Source: Monosiga brevicollis MX1 (Eukaryota). From it: DNA of 44,634 nt. Shown here in pieces: positions 23,704 through 36,900 of this stretch (positions are counted from its first letter, which is position 1; the number at the start of each line of letters is the position of its first letter). Both the position numbers and the translations under genes were made by a program. The notes under the pieces are model-generated. The model had not been told where the DNA came from. It searched no databases and was given only the letters and a program-made list of their open reading frames with translations. Location of the stretch: contig NW_001865090.1 of NCBI RefSeq assembly GCF_000002865.3, positions 62,001 through 106,634 of the forward strand, in the 5' to 3' direction.

Positions 23704-24397
23704 TGCAAGGTGAAAAAAGGTGAAGAAAGGATGGGGGCAGATGCGGGAAGCGAAGTCAGTGAAGGTTTACTTGTCGTGTTCATTTTGGCTTGCAAGCCAA
23801 ATTGATTTTGCATGCATGTAAGCATGATGAGAACAATCGCTATGATGAACAGACTGTGTGCAGCTCTCGCATCTGACGACGTTGTCGTTGAAGAACAAAG
23901 CAGCACACAGCACGACAAGGGGGAAAGAAAGGGGGGCGGGGACATTCAACGCGAACGGCTCGACCAGCGAACCGTACCAGCTTTGCCCGAGTGGTTTTTT
24001 TTTTCTCTCTTTTGGTGGCCCGCCGTGCACTAGTTGCCCATCGGCTCGCCGGTCGAGAGGTGGTCTGCACAGTGTGGCAGGCGTAAGTGCCCAAAACCAA
24101 CATAGTATGTCTCGTTGACCATGTCTACTCCCGGCAACCGGTTTGCGCCCATCCCTCGCCGTTTCAAATCGTCCCCTTCCCCTCTCGTCCTTGAGGCTGC
24201 GCTCAGCACACGTACCGACGACCCGTACCATAGACCGCCATACGATCAGCCATCTTCATCTCTTCAAGCTGCCTCGAGCATATACAGTTTCTTTTCGTCG
24301 GGAAACCCTTGTCAAGTTTCAACCCTCTCCCGACCGCCGCGAGCGCCGCGGCCGCCGCGGTCGCCCCGCCTCTGGTCTCATTTGAGCAGATAGCGTC

Positions 24398-27300
24398 ATG
24401 ATGTTGTGTACAGGCCGTCAAACCTCAGCCTTTGGCGGCATTCTGCATGCCATTATTCTAAGCCAGCTTGCCGCCATGGCTTTTGCGCTTGATTGCAATC
24501 CAGGATCGTTCGAGGTCAGTCTTGTGGCTCTGCCGCCCCGCAGCTTGCGCATTATGAATCAGGTTTTTTTTTCTTTTCTTTTCTTGGAACAGTACACCTG
24601 GCCGAACCGCAATCCTTCCCTCGCACACCTCATGCAGCCTTGCCTTACCGTTTGCTTGCGCGTCTCTCTGCTGGGCAGTATGAGTCGGCACAACAAGACG
24701 GCGCGGTCGTTTGTGCACCTGCCTGTGCTGATGATCAGTATTTTGACGTGAATGTCGAACAGTGCGTCAATGTCATCAGCTGTGTGACACAATGTACAGG
24801 CAGCAGCGACCCCGAATGCTCGTGCCAAAGCGCCACCTGTCAGGTTTGATGGCATGCATGCGCTTCTGCTCTGCTCGCGCCGGCTTGGTCTTGTCACACT
24901 CCCTGTCCATTCACGTCGTCTTCTCACCTTTTCTAGACATGCCTGTTTGATGCCAACGCTGACGTGGTCGAGTGTCAGCTCTGTGGCGCTAGTCAATACC
25001 TCTACGAGGGCATCTGCCGTGCATCCTGCCCATCGGGTACCACACCGGCCGGCACTGCATCGGTCGGTCGCGTTTGCTTGCGCAATGGCACGCAGGCCGT
25101 CCCCGCGCAGCCCCTGGAACTCGAGTACGAGCAGCTGGCCCCCACCAGCAGTTCCCAGCGCGTATGCAGCCCCGTGACGTCGGTGTGTCCTGCAGACACC
25201 TTCCTCAAGGCGGGCGCCACCGCCACCTCGGACACTGTCTGTCAGGAGCATACAGACTGCCAACCAAATGGCTATATCGCAGCATTTGGGGATGATCTCT
25301 CCGATAATACCTGTCAAACCCTGACCGTTTGCACCGATCATCAGTTTGAAACGTCGGCTGCGACCCTGAGCTCGGACCGTCAGTGCCAGGACATCACCTC
25401 TCCGTGCTCAGGTGTCTGCCTGGAAAGCCAGGACGTCTTAACCCGCGAGCCATGTGCATGCGTTCAGCAGGAGTGCACGGCCTGCTCCACGCAGCTCGTG
25501 GGTCAGGATAGCCACACGCCAGCTACCATTTCAAGCACCGCTCTCGGGCTATGCCTGGCCTGCAACACGTCCAGCACCAAACCTTTTCTTCAGGTGGTCA
25601 ACGATACCTCAACCTCCTGCGTCGCCCTCTGCTCCAATGGCTTTTCCCCGCGTATCTTGCCGGGTCGGGGTTACTTTTGCTTGCCGGCCTCGGCCTCTGT
25701 TCCAGCACTGCCCAACCCCGAATATGAGGCAGTGGCGCCCACCTGGACCTCTGACCGTGCATGCGCCTCGCTCACTGTCTGCGATGAAAATGTTGAGGTC
25801 GAGTTTGAATCGACGCCAGCCACCTTTTCAACCAACCGTGTGTGCTCAGACGTGTCCAGCTGCGCACAAGGTAATTAGTGGCCCATTATTATTATAACTT
25901 GCACGCCGCGGCCGGTAGCGGCTAAATCTTGGGCTCAGAAAACTTGTGCTCAACCTGTTCTCCCGCCGCCCCTTCCTTATGCCAATCAACTTATGTAGGT
26001 TTCACCTATGAAAGCGACGGGCCCACCCCAACCACCGATCGCGAGTGTTCTGCCTGTCTCTCCTGCTCCACTGCCGAGTACCAACTACAACCCTGTACCC
26101 TCACAACAGACCGGGCTTGTGCCGCATGTCACCCTCGTTGCGACGGAATTTCGGCCTTTGAGGTAACCTTTTGCACGCCCCCTCCCCGTTTGCATGACAT
26201 TTAATGGAGCCTCAAGCGCATGGCGACCTTCTCAGCGTCGACTCACGTAAACTTTGTGCAAACACACGTGTCTTCAGGTTGAGCCCTGCACGAGCTCGTC
26301 CAATCGCCTATGCGCCCCCTGCTCGGAGTGTGCGACCGACCAGTTTATTCTTCAGGCCTGCAACGAAACGACTGATACTGAGTGTGTGAGCTGCCGCATT
26401 GCATGTGAGCCGGGCGAGTTTCGCGAAGCGCCGTGCACCCCCACCGCAGACATGCGCTGTACCGGTTAGTCCTTCCGCCTCTGCCCAAAAAAGACTCGAC
26501 AAAGCCCTGAAAAGATCCTCGGTTCCTTTCCGTGTTCTCCAGCTGCAAAGCCATGCGTTGGTGGTCGATCCAACTCACCTGTTGCCGTTCAACACTCGTC
26601 ACAGCTTGTACCACTTGTGCGGCTGATCAGTACCAGGTTGCGACATGCACTGCTTCTACGGATCGGGTGTGCCGGGCCACCACTGCCTGTGGATCGGGTT
26701 TCTATCAGCTGGTGGCACCCACTCCGACGACTGATCGCCGTTGTGCTCGAGTGGGAGCATGTGCCGTCCATCAATACGAATCTTCAGCCGCAACGGCCAC
26801 CAGTAACGTAATTTGTACCAACCTCACAGTTTGCGGAGCTGACCAGTTTCAGTATCAAGCCCCGCAACAGGCGCGCGATCGCGTTTGCCGAACCTGCTCA
26901 ACCTGCGAAGAAGGTGCGTTGTTGTTTTGGGTGTTGGTGTTTGTGCGAGTACGCGTTAGTGCCGTCTTGCATGGCTTCTTTTGCCCCTTTCTTCTGCCCC
27001 TTTTGCTCATGTTGCTGTTTTTGCTTTTTGCTTTTTGCTTTTTGCTGTTTGCTTTTTGCTGTTTGCTTTTTGCTGTTTGCTTTTTGCTGTTTTTGCTTTT
27101 TGCTTTTTGCTTTTTGCTGTTTGCTTTTTGCTGTTTGCTTCTTCTTCTTCTTCTTCTTCTTTTTTTTTTTTTGCATTTTTCTATAGGCTTATATGAGGTG
27201 GCGGCTTGCACCACAACCACGAACCGTCAGTGTCGAAGCGCGGCTGACTGTGCTGGACGCTGCCGCTGGGATGCCAACGCGAGCGCCAGCGCTCGATGCT

Positions 27301-30300
27301 GGCCTGCCAGCAGCCAAACACCCTGCGGCGCCTTTGCGTCTGCTGCAACATGTCCGACAACGCGGTAGGTCCTTTGTGTCCGCATGCGTGCTTGACCCGA
27401 CCATGCGTGGCAGCTCTGTCCATGGACTGACTGACTTGGGCCAACTCATATTTTCGCCGGCTTGACTTCATTGCGTGCGTGTGTGCATGCGCATGACAGA
27501 TGTGAGTTCGCAAATGGGCACTGCGATATCAAGAGCCAGGCAATTCCCTCAACAGCAACCGACCCCTGCCCCTTTTTGCCGCGCGATCAGTGTGTCGGGG
27601 CATCGATTTGCACCTATGACCCGGCGTCGTACGCTTGTCGTCAGAAGACCTGTCCAGACAATTACAATAGCCAGTCTTGCACCAGTTTTGCCAACGGCAT
27701 CTGTGAATGGGTTGCCAGCGTTGGCTACTGCCAGCGCGCGGGAAGTCTGGTCCCGTGCCAGCGCTACAGTCTTCAGCAAGACTCCTGTCTCGCAACTGGA
27801 TACTGCTCGTACCACAGCGGCAAGAGCCTGTGTTATGAGGAAGGTGCCTTACCTTGTCGCGAATTTTCTGGGGCAGGCGCCGATCACTGTCCAGCTCCCT
27901 GTCAGTATGACCCCAGCTCCAACGTGTGTCTCGCAGCCACCGAGAACGCCCCCTGCAACGTTTATGCCACACAGAGCCAATGTCCCATTCGCCAAGTGCC
28001 AAGTCGCGAATATATGGCCATGGCCGCAACTCCCACCGCAAACACCGTTTGTCGGACGGTCACAGCTTGTGCAGCCACCCAGTACCAACAAGCGGCCCCC
28101 ACTGCCACGTCCAACCGCCGCTGTCAAACTTTGAGCACGTGTTCCAGCACCCAATTCCAGATCAACGCACCAACCTCTACCACGGACCGTGCTTGCCAGA
28201 GTTTGCGCGAGTGCCGCGAAACACAGTATGAGCGACGTGCCCCCACGGCCACCACCGATCGGGTCTGTCTGCCCATTGCCGACTGCAGTCAGCCAATCGC
28301 CGATGTGGATCCCGATGGCAACCCGATCCTGCGGGAACGCTACGAGGCAACGGCAGCTACGCCAACCTCTGATGCTCTTTGTCGTATGGTGACCGAATGC
28401 CAAACGGGCCAGTTTCAGTATGCAGACGCCACCGCGAGCACTGATCGCGTGTGCGCGCAGCTGACAATCTGCCAAAGCCAGCAATTTCAGGTCGCTGCTC
28501 CCACCGCCACCACCGATCGCCGCTGTCAGAACGTGTCATCAGGGTGTGGTAGTCATCAATATCGAACCGCTCCAGCTACTCCCACCTCTGATATTGTCTG
28601 CGAGGCGAGGCGCAATTGCACAGCGACGGAATATCTCGTTGCCTCGCCCACCGCCACCACGGATCGCACCTGTGCCAGTCTTACCAATTGCGTGCTTGGC
28701 ACCACCTACGAAAGTCAGCCTCCGCAACTACCAGAAGCACCCACGCCGACGCACGTGTATGAGACAGACCGTGTCTGCACGATGGTCAGCGCTTGCGACG
28801 CTGGCGAATGGGCTTCCTCGGCTGCCACCCTGACCTCGGACACCGTGTGCACGCCCTGGTCGGCCTGCCCTCAAGGGCAACTCGAGTCTGTCCCACCCTC
28901 CCGCACATCGGATCGCGTGTGCGCGCCCAAGGTCACGCTACAGCTCGCCTTGCGCTTTACAAACATCACTCCTGCCGACTTTCCGCAAACTCTTTTTCAG
29001 GCGTCTGTACGCAATGCTGTAGCCCTTCGCGCTGGATACAGCCTGCCTGCCGGTACCGTGACGATTGTGCGCCTGACCTTGGGTAGCACTAACGTAGAGT
29101 ACACGGTGGAAGCACCCGAAACGCAAGCCATGGCTATTCGCAATGGCGCCGCCGATGGGCCCACCATCCTACAAGACATGCAAGTCGCCGAGCCCGACCT
29201 GCTGGCAGACGTGGAAGTGACCGGCCTGCAATGCGACGGTGTCGACGAATTTTTGTTACTGACTGGAGAGAACGTGACTCTTCACGAGCAATGCGTCGCA
29301 GTCCGCACGTGCGAACCAGGTGCCGAATATGCGAGCCAGTCACCCACACCAACGAGTGATCGAGTGTGCCTGCCCCTGACGAGCTGTGTGGCGAACGAGT
29401 ACGCGTCAGCTGCGCCTACGACCACGTCAGACCGAACCTGCGAGCCCATCTCCGAGTGCTCTGCCACGTCATTTGAAGAGGCTCCCCCGACAGTCTCCTC
29501 CGATCGCGCCTGTCAGCCCCTGTCATCTTGTACCCTGTACCAATACCAAACATCCGCGCCAACACCGACCTCTGACCGCGCCTGTGCGAATGTCACAAGC
29601 TGTGATACAGCCACTTCATATTACTCATCATTCCCCACTTCTACCTCAGATGCAGTCTGTACCTCACTTGTCGCCTGCATCGACGGTCAAGAGTATGAAA
29701 CCGTGGCCCCCACTCTGTCCTCCCAGCGCGAGTGCGCTGTCGTGCGTGATGCATGCGCTTCGGACGAATACCAGATCGCTGCATCGACACCGACGTCTGA
29801 TCGTCTTTGCGACACGCTCACGATGTGCAGTGCAAGCCAATACCAAACGTCGGCGCCGACACAAACCACAGGTGCGTCGGGGCGTTCACTTTTGATATCT
29901 CCGTTTCTTTTACGATGCATTGTTGTTCTGAAGCGTCGCGATCGGCGTACCCTTGCCGACCTTGCCTCACTCTTCAAATGGTCGATGCCTGACATGTGCC
30001 TATCCATAGATCGTGTTTGTCAGAGTCTGACTCAATGCTCAGGCAGTCAATTTGAGATCATCCCGGCCACAAGTATTTCTGACCGAGGTATGTTTTTGCG
30101 AACATGTCAGGGAGCCATCAAAGCATGTCAGATCAAGACGGGATAGGGTCTGCCGTGCGAGACAATCAACAACAGAAGCGCGTTATTTCGTCTTTGGTGC
30201 CGAGGCTTGGGGTTGTTTGGTTGTCGACTTGCATCTCATTAACGACAAATTGCCACACTCAATCTCTTTCCTGTATACTGTCGCTTTGGGGTGCCTTGAC

Positions 30301-33300
30301 CTTAGCTTGCGCCAATTTAACCCGCTGTGCATTATCGGAGTTTGAGGCCGTATCCCACACGGCGACAACGGACCGCATGTGAGATCAAGATGTCCTGCTG
30401 CAGCAGAATTGTTGCGCTTGCTGCGTTGTCAAGACATGTGCATCTGGCAAGAGATTTGTTTGGCACTCACCAAATTCGCTCAACCCTTCCATGCTCGGCA
30501 GTTGCCAGAATGTGACAACATGTGGGGCCAGTAGCTTTATTGTGGCCGAAGCCACAAGCACAAGTGATACACAGTGCCAAGCCTGCCGTGCATGTAACAG
30601 CACCTCTTTCGAAACACGAGGCTGTACGGCAAGCACCGATCGCCAGTGAGTATTTCCGTACTGCCGCCTCTCGTGTCATTTCTCTCGGACGGGATTGTCG
30701 CCTCGAGGCGTGATCGCACCAGCCAAAGAAGCTGCAGGTAAAACGGCACTCATAGCGTTGGTGTCCACGCCGCAATCCGGTGGGTAGATGTGTTCCGTTG
30801 ACCGCGTGTGACGCAATGAATGAGTATCAGGCGGTAGCGCCGACGAGCACTTCTAACCGTGTGTGCTCTACCTGTGATGACTGCCCGGAGGGCCTGTTGA
30901 CGGTGAGTTACTGCCCCGTTCCACTTCACTTTGAGCGGTTTTACATCTTCTATGCACGCACCTCCCCAGACTTTTTGTTACCCTCCCNNNNNNNNNNNNN
31001 NNNNNNNNNNNNNNNNNNNNNNNNNNNNNNNNNNNNNTGGGGGGGTTTTACTTTTTTTAGGCCCGCCCCTCCCCAGATTTTTTGTTACCCCCCCCCCCCC
31101 CCCCCCCCCCCTTTTTTTTCCCGGCTTTTGCTTTCAAGGGGAGTTGTCCAAATCGCCCAGATGCTTTGGGGCTAATCTGCAATTTGGTGGCATTTCAATA
31201 GACGGCGCTATGCTCTGCGACCAGTAACACCCAATGCGAGAACTGCACTCAGTGTGCAGTGGGTACCTATGAAGAAATTCCCTGCACCGTCTCTTCAGAC
31301 ACGATTTGCCTCCTGTGTGAGCCCTGCACCGGCGGTTTCTTCGAGCTCGAGTACGTATCCGGCAGTATCTCATCTCAGCCAAGGCAGCGCGATGTCCTGG
31401 AGGCTTTCCTTCTTCTTGCTTAAATTTGAATGCATGCTCACTCGGTCTGCACTGACGGGCGTTTTGATGCGCCATGATTTAGACCTTGTGGAGGTAATTC
31501 ACAGACCGTATGTGAGCTGTGCTCTATCTGCAACAGCTCTTCATACGAGGCGGAGGCGTGCGTGGCTCGTGCTGATACTGTGTGTGAAGCATGCCGAACA
31601 TGTGATTCGAATGAGTTTGAAATCACTCCTTGTCAACCTGGCAACCGGGTGTGCCAAGCATTGACACAGTGCGCGGAAGCGCAGTACGAAAGCGAGGCAC
31701 CCACCCCCACAACAGATCGAGTCTGCATGCCACTGGCTACGTGCGTGTTGGGCGCCACTTTTGAGGTCGTGGCACCGACCCCCACCAGCAATCGCGGGTG
31801 CCGTGCGCTTTCAACTTGCGGTCTTGGCGAGTATGAAGTGTTTCCGGGCAATACCACACACGATCGGATCTGTGCGGCCGTTACACGCTGCGCCGATTCC
31901 AGCTTACAGTATCAACTCTCTGCTCCAACCTCAACTTCCGACCGTCAGTGTGCATACCAGCCCAACTGCACCATCTCGGAATTTCAGACCGCGCCGCCTA
32001 CGGCCTCGAGTGCGCGAGTTTGCTCTCCGCTTTCTACTTGCACTGCGGAAGAGTTTGAGGTCACTGCACCCACAACAACCTCAGACCGTGCCTGCCTTGT
32101 TGTTCGTTCCTGCACGGGCAACCGCTATGAGCTTGCGGCCCCGACGATTTCGAGCAACCGCATTTGCGACACTATCCAAGAGTGCGACGCCAATGAGTAT
32201 CAGACAGCCGCTCCAACAGCGACCTCGGTCAGTGTGCTGTCGGCCCTGGTTCGGGCCATGCCCCTGCCATCAAGTTGAGAAGAGAGGAGGAAAAAAAAAG
32301 GGGGGGGGGGGGGGGGTGCGGGGAGAGGAACAACGCGCTTGGGCTAGTTTGAACAATTTCCTATGACGTGGCATTGCAGTTCATCGCCTGTCTCACACTT
32401 GGTTGACGTGATCTAGGATCGTGGCTGTGCGCTCGTCTCCACGTGCTTGACCACGGCCGTTTGCTTTGCTGGCAGCCCGCTCTGTACCAATCCCACTCAA
32501 TTCGTTGCTACAGAACGCACAAGTCGGAGCGATCGCGTGTGCGGTAATTTGACGCAGTGCAGATATGTTTCCACCAGCACCAACGCCGTCTGCCAGGCCT
32601 GTACAGCAGCACTTGCAGGTATGGCAACTATGACCCAAGAGGGCTAAGGATTTGATACAGCCCGCTTCTGCAGCCGTGCCCCTTACTGCTACGTATTTGT
32701 GCTGCGTCGTAGATGGCGCAACTGTTGTACCGGGCACTTGCGCCCGCCTCATGCTTCAGTCGTGCCGGGGAGATCTACAGCTTTCCCCTGCAGCTCTGCC
32801 CCTGTCTCACTGCGCAGCTTGCGACGAGTTGGTCGGTGAAGTCACCGCAGGGACATCGGGTTATGATGCTTCTCTTCCTTGCATGCAGGTTGGCTGAAAG
32901 CGCTGAGCTTATGTTTGGACGGTTTGACTTTTGGTCTGCAGCGTGCTCTTCTCAATTCCACTGACCGATCACGCAGATGGGTTTGGAATGGCTGCACAGC
33001 TTTTGTGGAGACGAGGCTCAACTCAGCTTTGAGCTTGTGGCCCCGACCTACTCGAGCGATCGCATTTGTGGCGATGCCACTGCTTGCAACGGTGCAAATG
33101 AACAGGAAGCGTCGGCACCAACCGCCACGACTGATCGCGGTAAAGTTTTGTCTCATTTCCCTGGCTGGTTTGCTTCTGTTTGGACTCGGTTTTGGACAGG
33201 CATTGGCCGTTCTCACAAACGCTATTCTTCTCTTTGTTTTGTTGCTATTGATTGCGGGGAACCTCAGAGTGCTTGATTGTCACAACGTCGACCGCGCCGC

Positions 33301-35295
33301 CAGTCTTGCAAGGCAGCTCCCAGTCGAGCGACAGCACTCCAACCTGGGTCTTTGCTCTGGTCGCTGTGCTGGGCGCACTCTTGCTCATCGTTTTGCTGGC
33401 CGTGTTTGTGGCCCGTCGCCGTGGTGGGGCTTCAGTGACCACAATGGACTCGATGGGCAGGCCAAAGAGCGCTGGTACGGATGCCATCTCCCTGGATACC
33501 TTGGCTACCAGTGCATGGATCGATGGGCCTCAGTCTGCCATCAGCGACTACCGCGACATGCAAATGGGATCGCATATCGGCACCCCGGCTGCTCCTGGTT
33601 CACGTTACATGCTACAGGAATCTGGGGTGGGTTTTTGCGCATGCGCGCCTTCATCACTCATTGCAGGCAGGCACGCGTGCCATTCTGCACATCCCATCCC
33701 TCTCACGGTTTTGTTTGGGCTGCTATTCTGTGCGCCTGTGGAATATAACCATCTGTTGTAGATGGATGACGCCATTGTGGACGGCAAGGCGATTGTGGGC
33801 GTGGTTCATCCGGATCAACTAAGCTATTCGGACCCAGTCACCACCATGTTGACCCGACTCAACGCCGACCGAGCCCGTGCTCGGGAGGATTGGCATGCCC
33901 TAGAGGCTGAAAAGGACCTGTTGCTTGATGAGGCGAGGCCGGAGAACTTTAGCATGGCAAAACGCCCAGGCTCCCTTCGCAGCAACCGCTACCGCAACGT
34001 AAGCTGCTTTGCCCTTGATCTCACTGCGCCTTGGCATGAGCCTCGCTTGCGATACAGCGCTATCCGACTGGTTTCATGTTCCGCCTGGCTTGATGTGCAG
34101 ATTTTGGCAACCAACACCAATCGTGTACGCTTGTTGGGGGTACCTCCTGAACGCGACTACATTAATGCGGACCATATTGTGTTTCCCGATGAGCCACATG
34201 ACCTCAAGTACATCATGGCTCAAGGTCCCCTTCAGGCGACGGTCAATGACTTTTGGTACGACGGCCTTGTCGTGGTCTATTGCCTTTTTTTTTGTTTTGT
34301 TTTTTTTGTTCTTTTGTTTTTTTTTTTTTTGGAAAAAAAAAAACAACAAACAAAGCCGCTGCGGGTTAGGCTAGGTCTGCGGTGAAAGACATGAGCATCC
34401 ACCTCCTCTAACCAATGGTCTCTGTTGGATATCCAGGACAATGGTCGCGCAGCAAGGTGTAGGTACAATTGCCATGGTCACGCAATTGCAAGAGGGCGGC
34501 CGCGACAAGTGCTATCCATACTGGCCTCAGGTCGTGGGTGAACGGCAAACCGCGGGCGATGTGATTGTGGAGCACCTGTCGTCGTATAGCGATGAGTTTA
34601 ACACGGTGCACATCACGGAACTGCAGTTGTACTATCGCTCGCAATCTCGAGTCGTACGGCATTGCCAGGTAGGCCCTGCGTCTGTGCTGCACACTGGTCA
34701 ATGAAATTGTTTGTTGGTGCATACGTAGCATGGAAAGAACAATCATGTCGCGCCACTAGCGCTTATTCATGGTTGGCCCAATTTCCTGGTTTGCCTTTTA
34801 TTTTTTTTCCCCGTCAGTTCTTGTCTTGGCCGGATCATGGCGTACCTTCGGACCTTGAGGACCTGGTCCGATTTCAAGCACAAGTATGTTCATGCTGTAT
34901 TGCCGTGCCAATGATGCTGGGGGTGGTTGAGATGTTCACGGCGATGGTTTTTTTGCAGCTGGAGACATTCCAGGCAGAAATGCCTCGACCAGCCCCGTTG
35001 CTGGTGCATTGCAGCGCCGGCGTTGGGCGTTCGGGTGTAGTGGTCTTGAGTGACGTGATTGCCAATAAGGTGCGTCACTGGTAGATTGATCTGATTTGTT
35101 TTTGGCTCTTGCTTCGCTCACACATTTTGCCGCATGTTCGAACAGACTCGCAAAGGCTACATCCCAGACGTGCGCACCATGGTCTCGATCGTGCGCTCCC
35201 AACGTCCCATGACCATTCAAACACTGGAGCAGTTTACTCTCCTCTATGATTTTGCATTGAAGAAGGTGTTGGAGGTTGAGGGCACACAACTGTAG
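24398..35295 (+). CDS. Receptor-type protein tyrosine phosphatase with a very large Cys-repeat ectodomain, SEA-like module, single TM and one PTP domain; many exons
   Basis: Signal peptide (..GILHAIILSQLAAMAFA). Dozens of ~28-30 aa repeats C..(Y/F)(E/Q)..(AP/C)T.T(S/T)DR.C. TM WVFALVAVLGALLLIVLLAVFVARRR (~33345-33425). PTP motifs NRYRN, DYINA, YIMAQGP, DFW.MV, KCYPYWP, WPDHGVP, VHCSAGVGRSG, R.QR..IQT.EQF. Stop TAG 35293-35295. Confidence 0.92.
27010..27170. repeat. Intronic (TTTTTGC/TGTTTGC)n and (CTT)n low-complexity repeat
   Basis: Directly visible inside an RPTP intron. Confidence 0.9.
30988..31037. other. Assembly gap (50 N) in an RPTP intron, flanked by a low-quality duplicate of the same sequence
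   Basis: N run; cctccccaga(c/t)tttttgttaccc occurs on both sides. Confidence 1.
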
Positions 35296-35708
35296 TAACT
35301 GCACCTGTGAGGCTTGGCAAAAGCCATCGTCGTGTCCTTTTCTTCCATCTTCCTTGGCATCTATCGCGGTTGCGCAGTCTTTAATCGGGACAAGCCGCCA
35401 GAACCACAAACGGTGTTTTGTCTAACCTTGCTGCTTGTGAAATCGAAGGGTGAGAGTTTTCTTCTGTCATGTGACATGTGAATCAACTTTTTGGGATCAA
35501 AACGCATTGACATGCATGTGTGTGAAAAAAAAACAAAAAAAAGTGTGAAGAGGAAGAATGAATTGGTTTGGTCGGTTTGAGAAAGAGAGAAAGGGAAAAG
35601 CACAACTACCACATGTAACAACAGAGAGAGAGAGAGAGGTTTGATGTTGTTGTATTTTGTGAGTAATGAAAGGACTTTCTCATTTTCTCGATCATCATCA
35701 TCATCATC

Positions 35709-36744
35709 ATGGCAGCTCCACGAGGCTGGCCGCGGGACACTCGGGTGCGGTTGATCAAGAGTGATGTCTACTCGAGGAGAGCCGCGGAGCTTTGCAAAAG
35801 CAGTCCAGATCCTGCCTGGCAGCGCTTGCCACCGTATCGACAACCCTCGGGCGCAAGCCGAACCCGAATCCAAGCCATCCAAGACTCGGCGCACCCAGCT
35901 TGCGGCCAGGTAGAGAGCTGTCAGCCCCAGAATGCTCGAATGACCGATGCCTCCGAGCGCGCGTGTGCTAATGCGGCCGTCAATGAGTAGCATGGGCTTT
36001 TTGCTGCGGCCAATCTCAAGCATGGCGATTGGGTGGCTGATTATCACGGCTATGTCAGCTTGGACGACGAATGCTCCCAGACCAGGCACGCCTGCTCCAG
36101 CCGCTTCCAAGCGTCGAATAGGCGGCGAATGGGTCGTGCTGGGCTACGAACCGTCCCCATCGCCTCTCACCTTCTATGCAATGTTTCTTGCCGGCATGAT
36201 GGGGGATTGATGAACGCAGCGATTACTCTCTCCGCTTGGCAGAGCAACTCTCAATCGATGCAGATGGCCAAGGCAACGAGGTGTGTCTGACAGTCCCTTG
36301 AGGGCTTGAGCTGACGCCAGCAACACCCACGCATCACACAGACTGCACCGCTTGTTGTTGTAGGCGCGGTTCATCAATGATTACCGTGGTGTGCCAGGAG
36401 CGACAGCAGCCAATGCTGAATTTCGAGCAGGTTTGTTGAGCAAGGCGTTTGGGTTTGAGTTCTCTCCACACCACCGTCTTTTTTTTATCCTCTCTCATTT
36501 TGCAATTGCAAATCCTTCCTGTTTACTCAGAGCTCGCAGATGGCAAGCCCGTCATGCGTATTTTTGTCAAGAGCAAACAGGGGGTGAGAGAGGAATCTGT
36601 AACCCATGAGCCCCAAGTGAATTTCTCCCTGTACGCCTGACTCGTGTGATGGGACATGTCATCGAATAGATAAAACGGGGACACGAGATCTTGCTCTCCT
36701 ATGGCAAAGGATTCTGGCAGGCTCGATTGGGTGCCTCAGCTTAA
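35709..36744 (+). CDS. Small SET-domain protein (putative lysine methyltransferase), about 6 exons
   Basis: Spliced: HPACGQ|HGLFAAANLKHGDWVADYHGYV..SDYSLRL..SIDADGQGNE|ARFINDYRGV..NAEF..MRIFV..IKRGHEILLSYGKGFW..* (TAA 36742-36744). Shows SET motifs GLFA, RFIN and EI..(S/D)YG. Confidence 0.85.
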
Positions 36745-36900
36745 TGAGAACCACCGGCAAGCAAAACGCCTTCAAGGCGGCTATGATAGGTCATTTTGAC
36801 GCTGTGCGTCAACCTTGTAGTTTGACTCGAGTAATTGAAGTGCAGACAATGCGTGCATGTCGAATGCTTCGGCTGGCACCACTACCTTCCAAACTCGGAC

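Noticed and set aside
26915..27186. Apparent multi-pass TM segment (LLFAFC repeats) in ORF 26532-27368
   Set aside because: Intron (GTGCGT..CTATAG) filled with a TTTTTGC microsatellite; not a real TM region.
30930..31200. Duplicated sequence around the N gap
   Set aside because: Low-quality read ends at poly-C; assembly artefact.
32879..33748. 289-aa ORF overlapping the RPTP TM exon
   Set aside because: Alternative-frame shadow with no recognisable motifs; RPTP exons use other frames.
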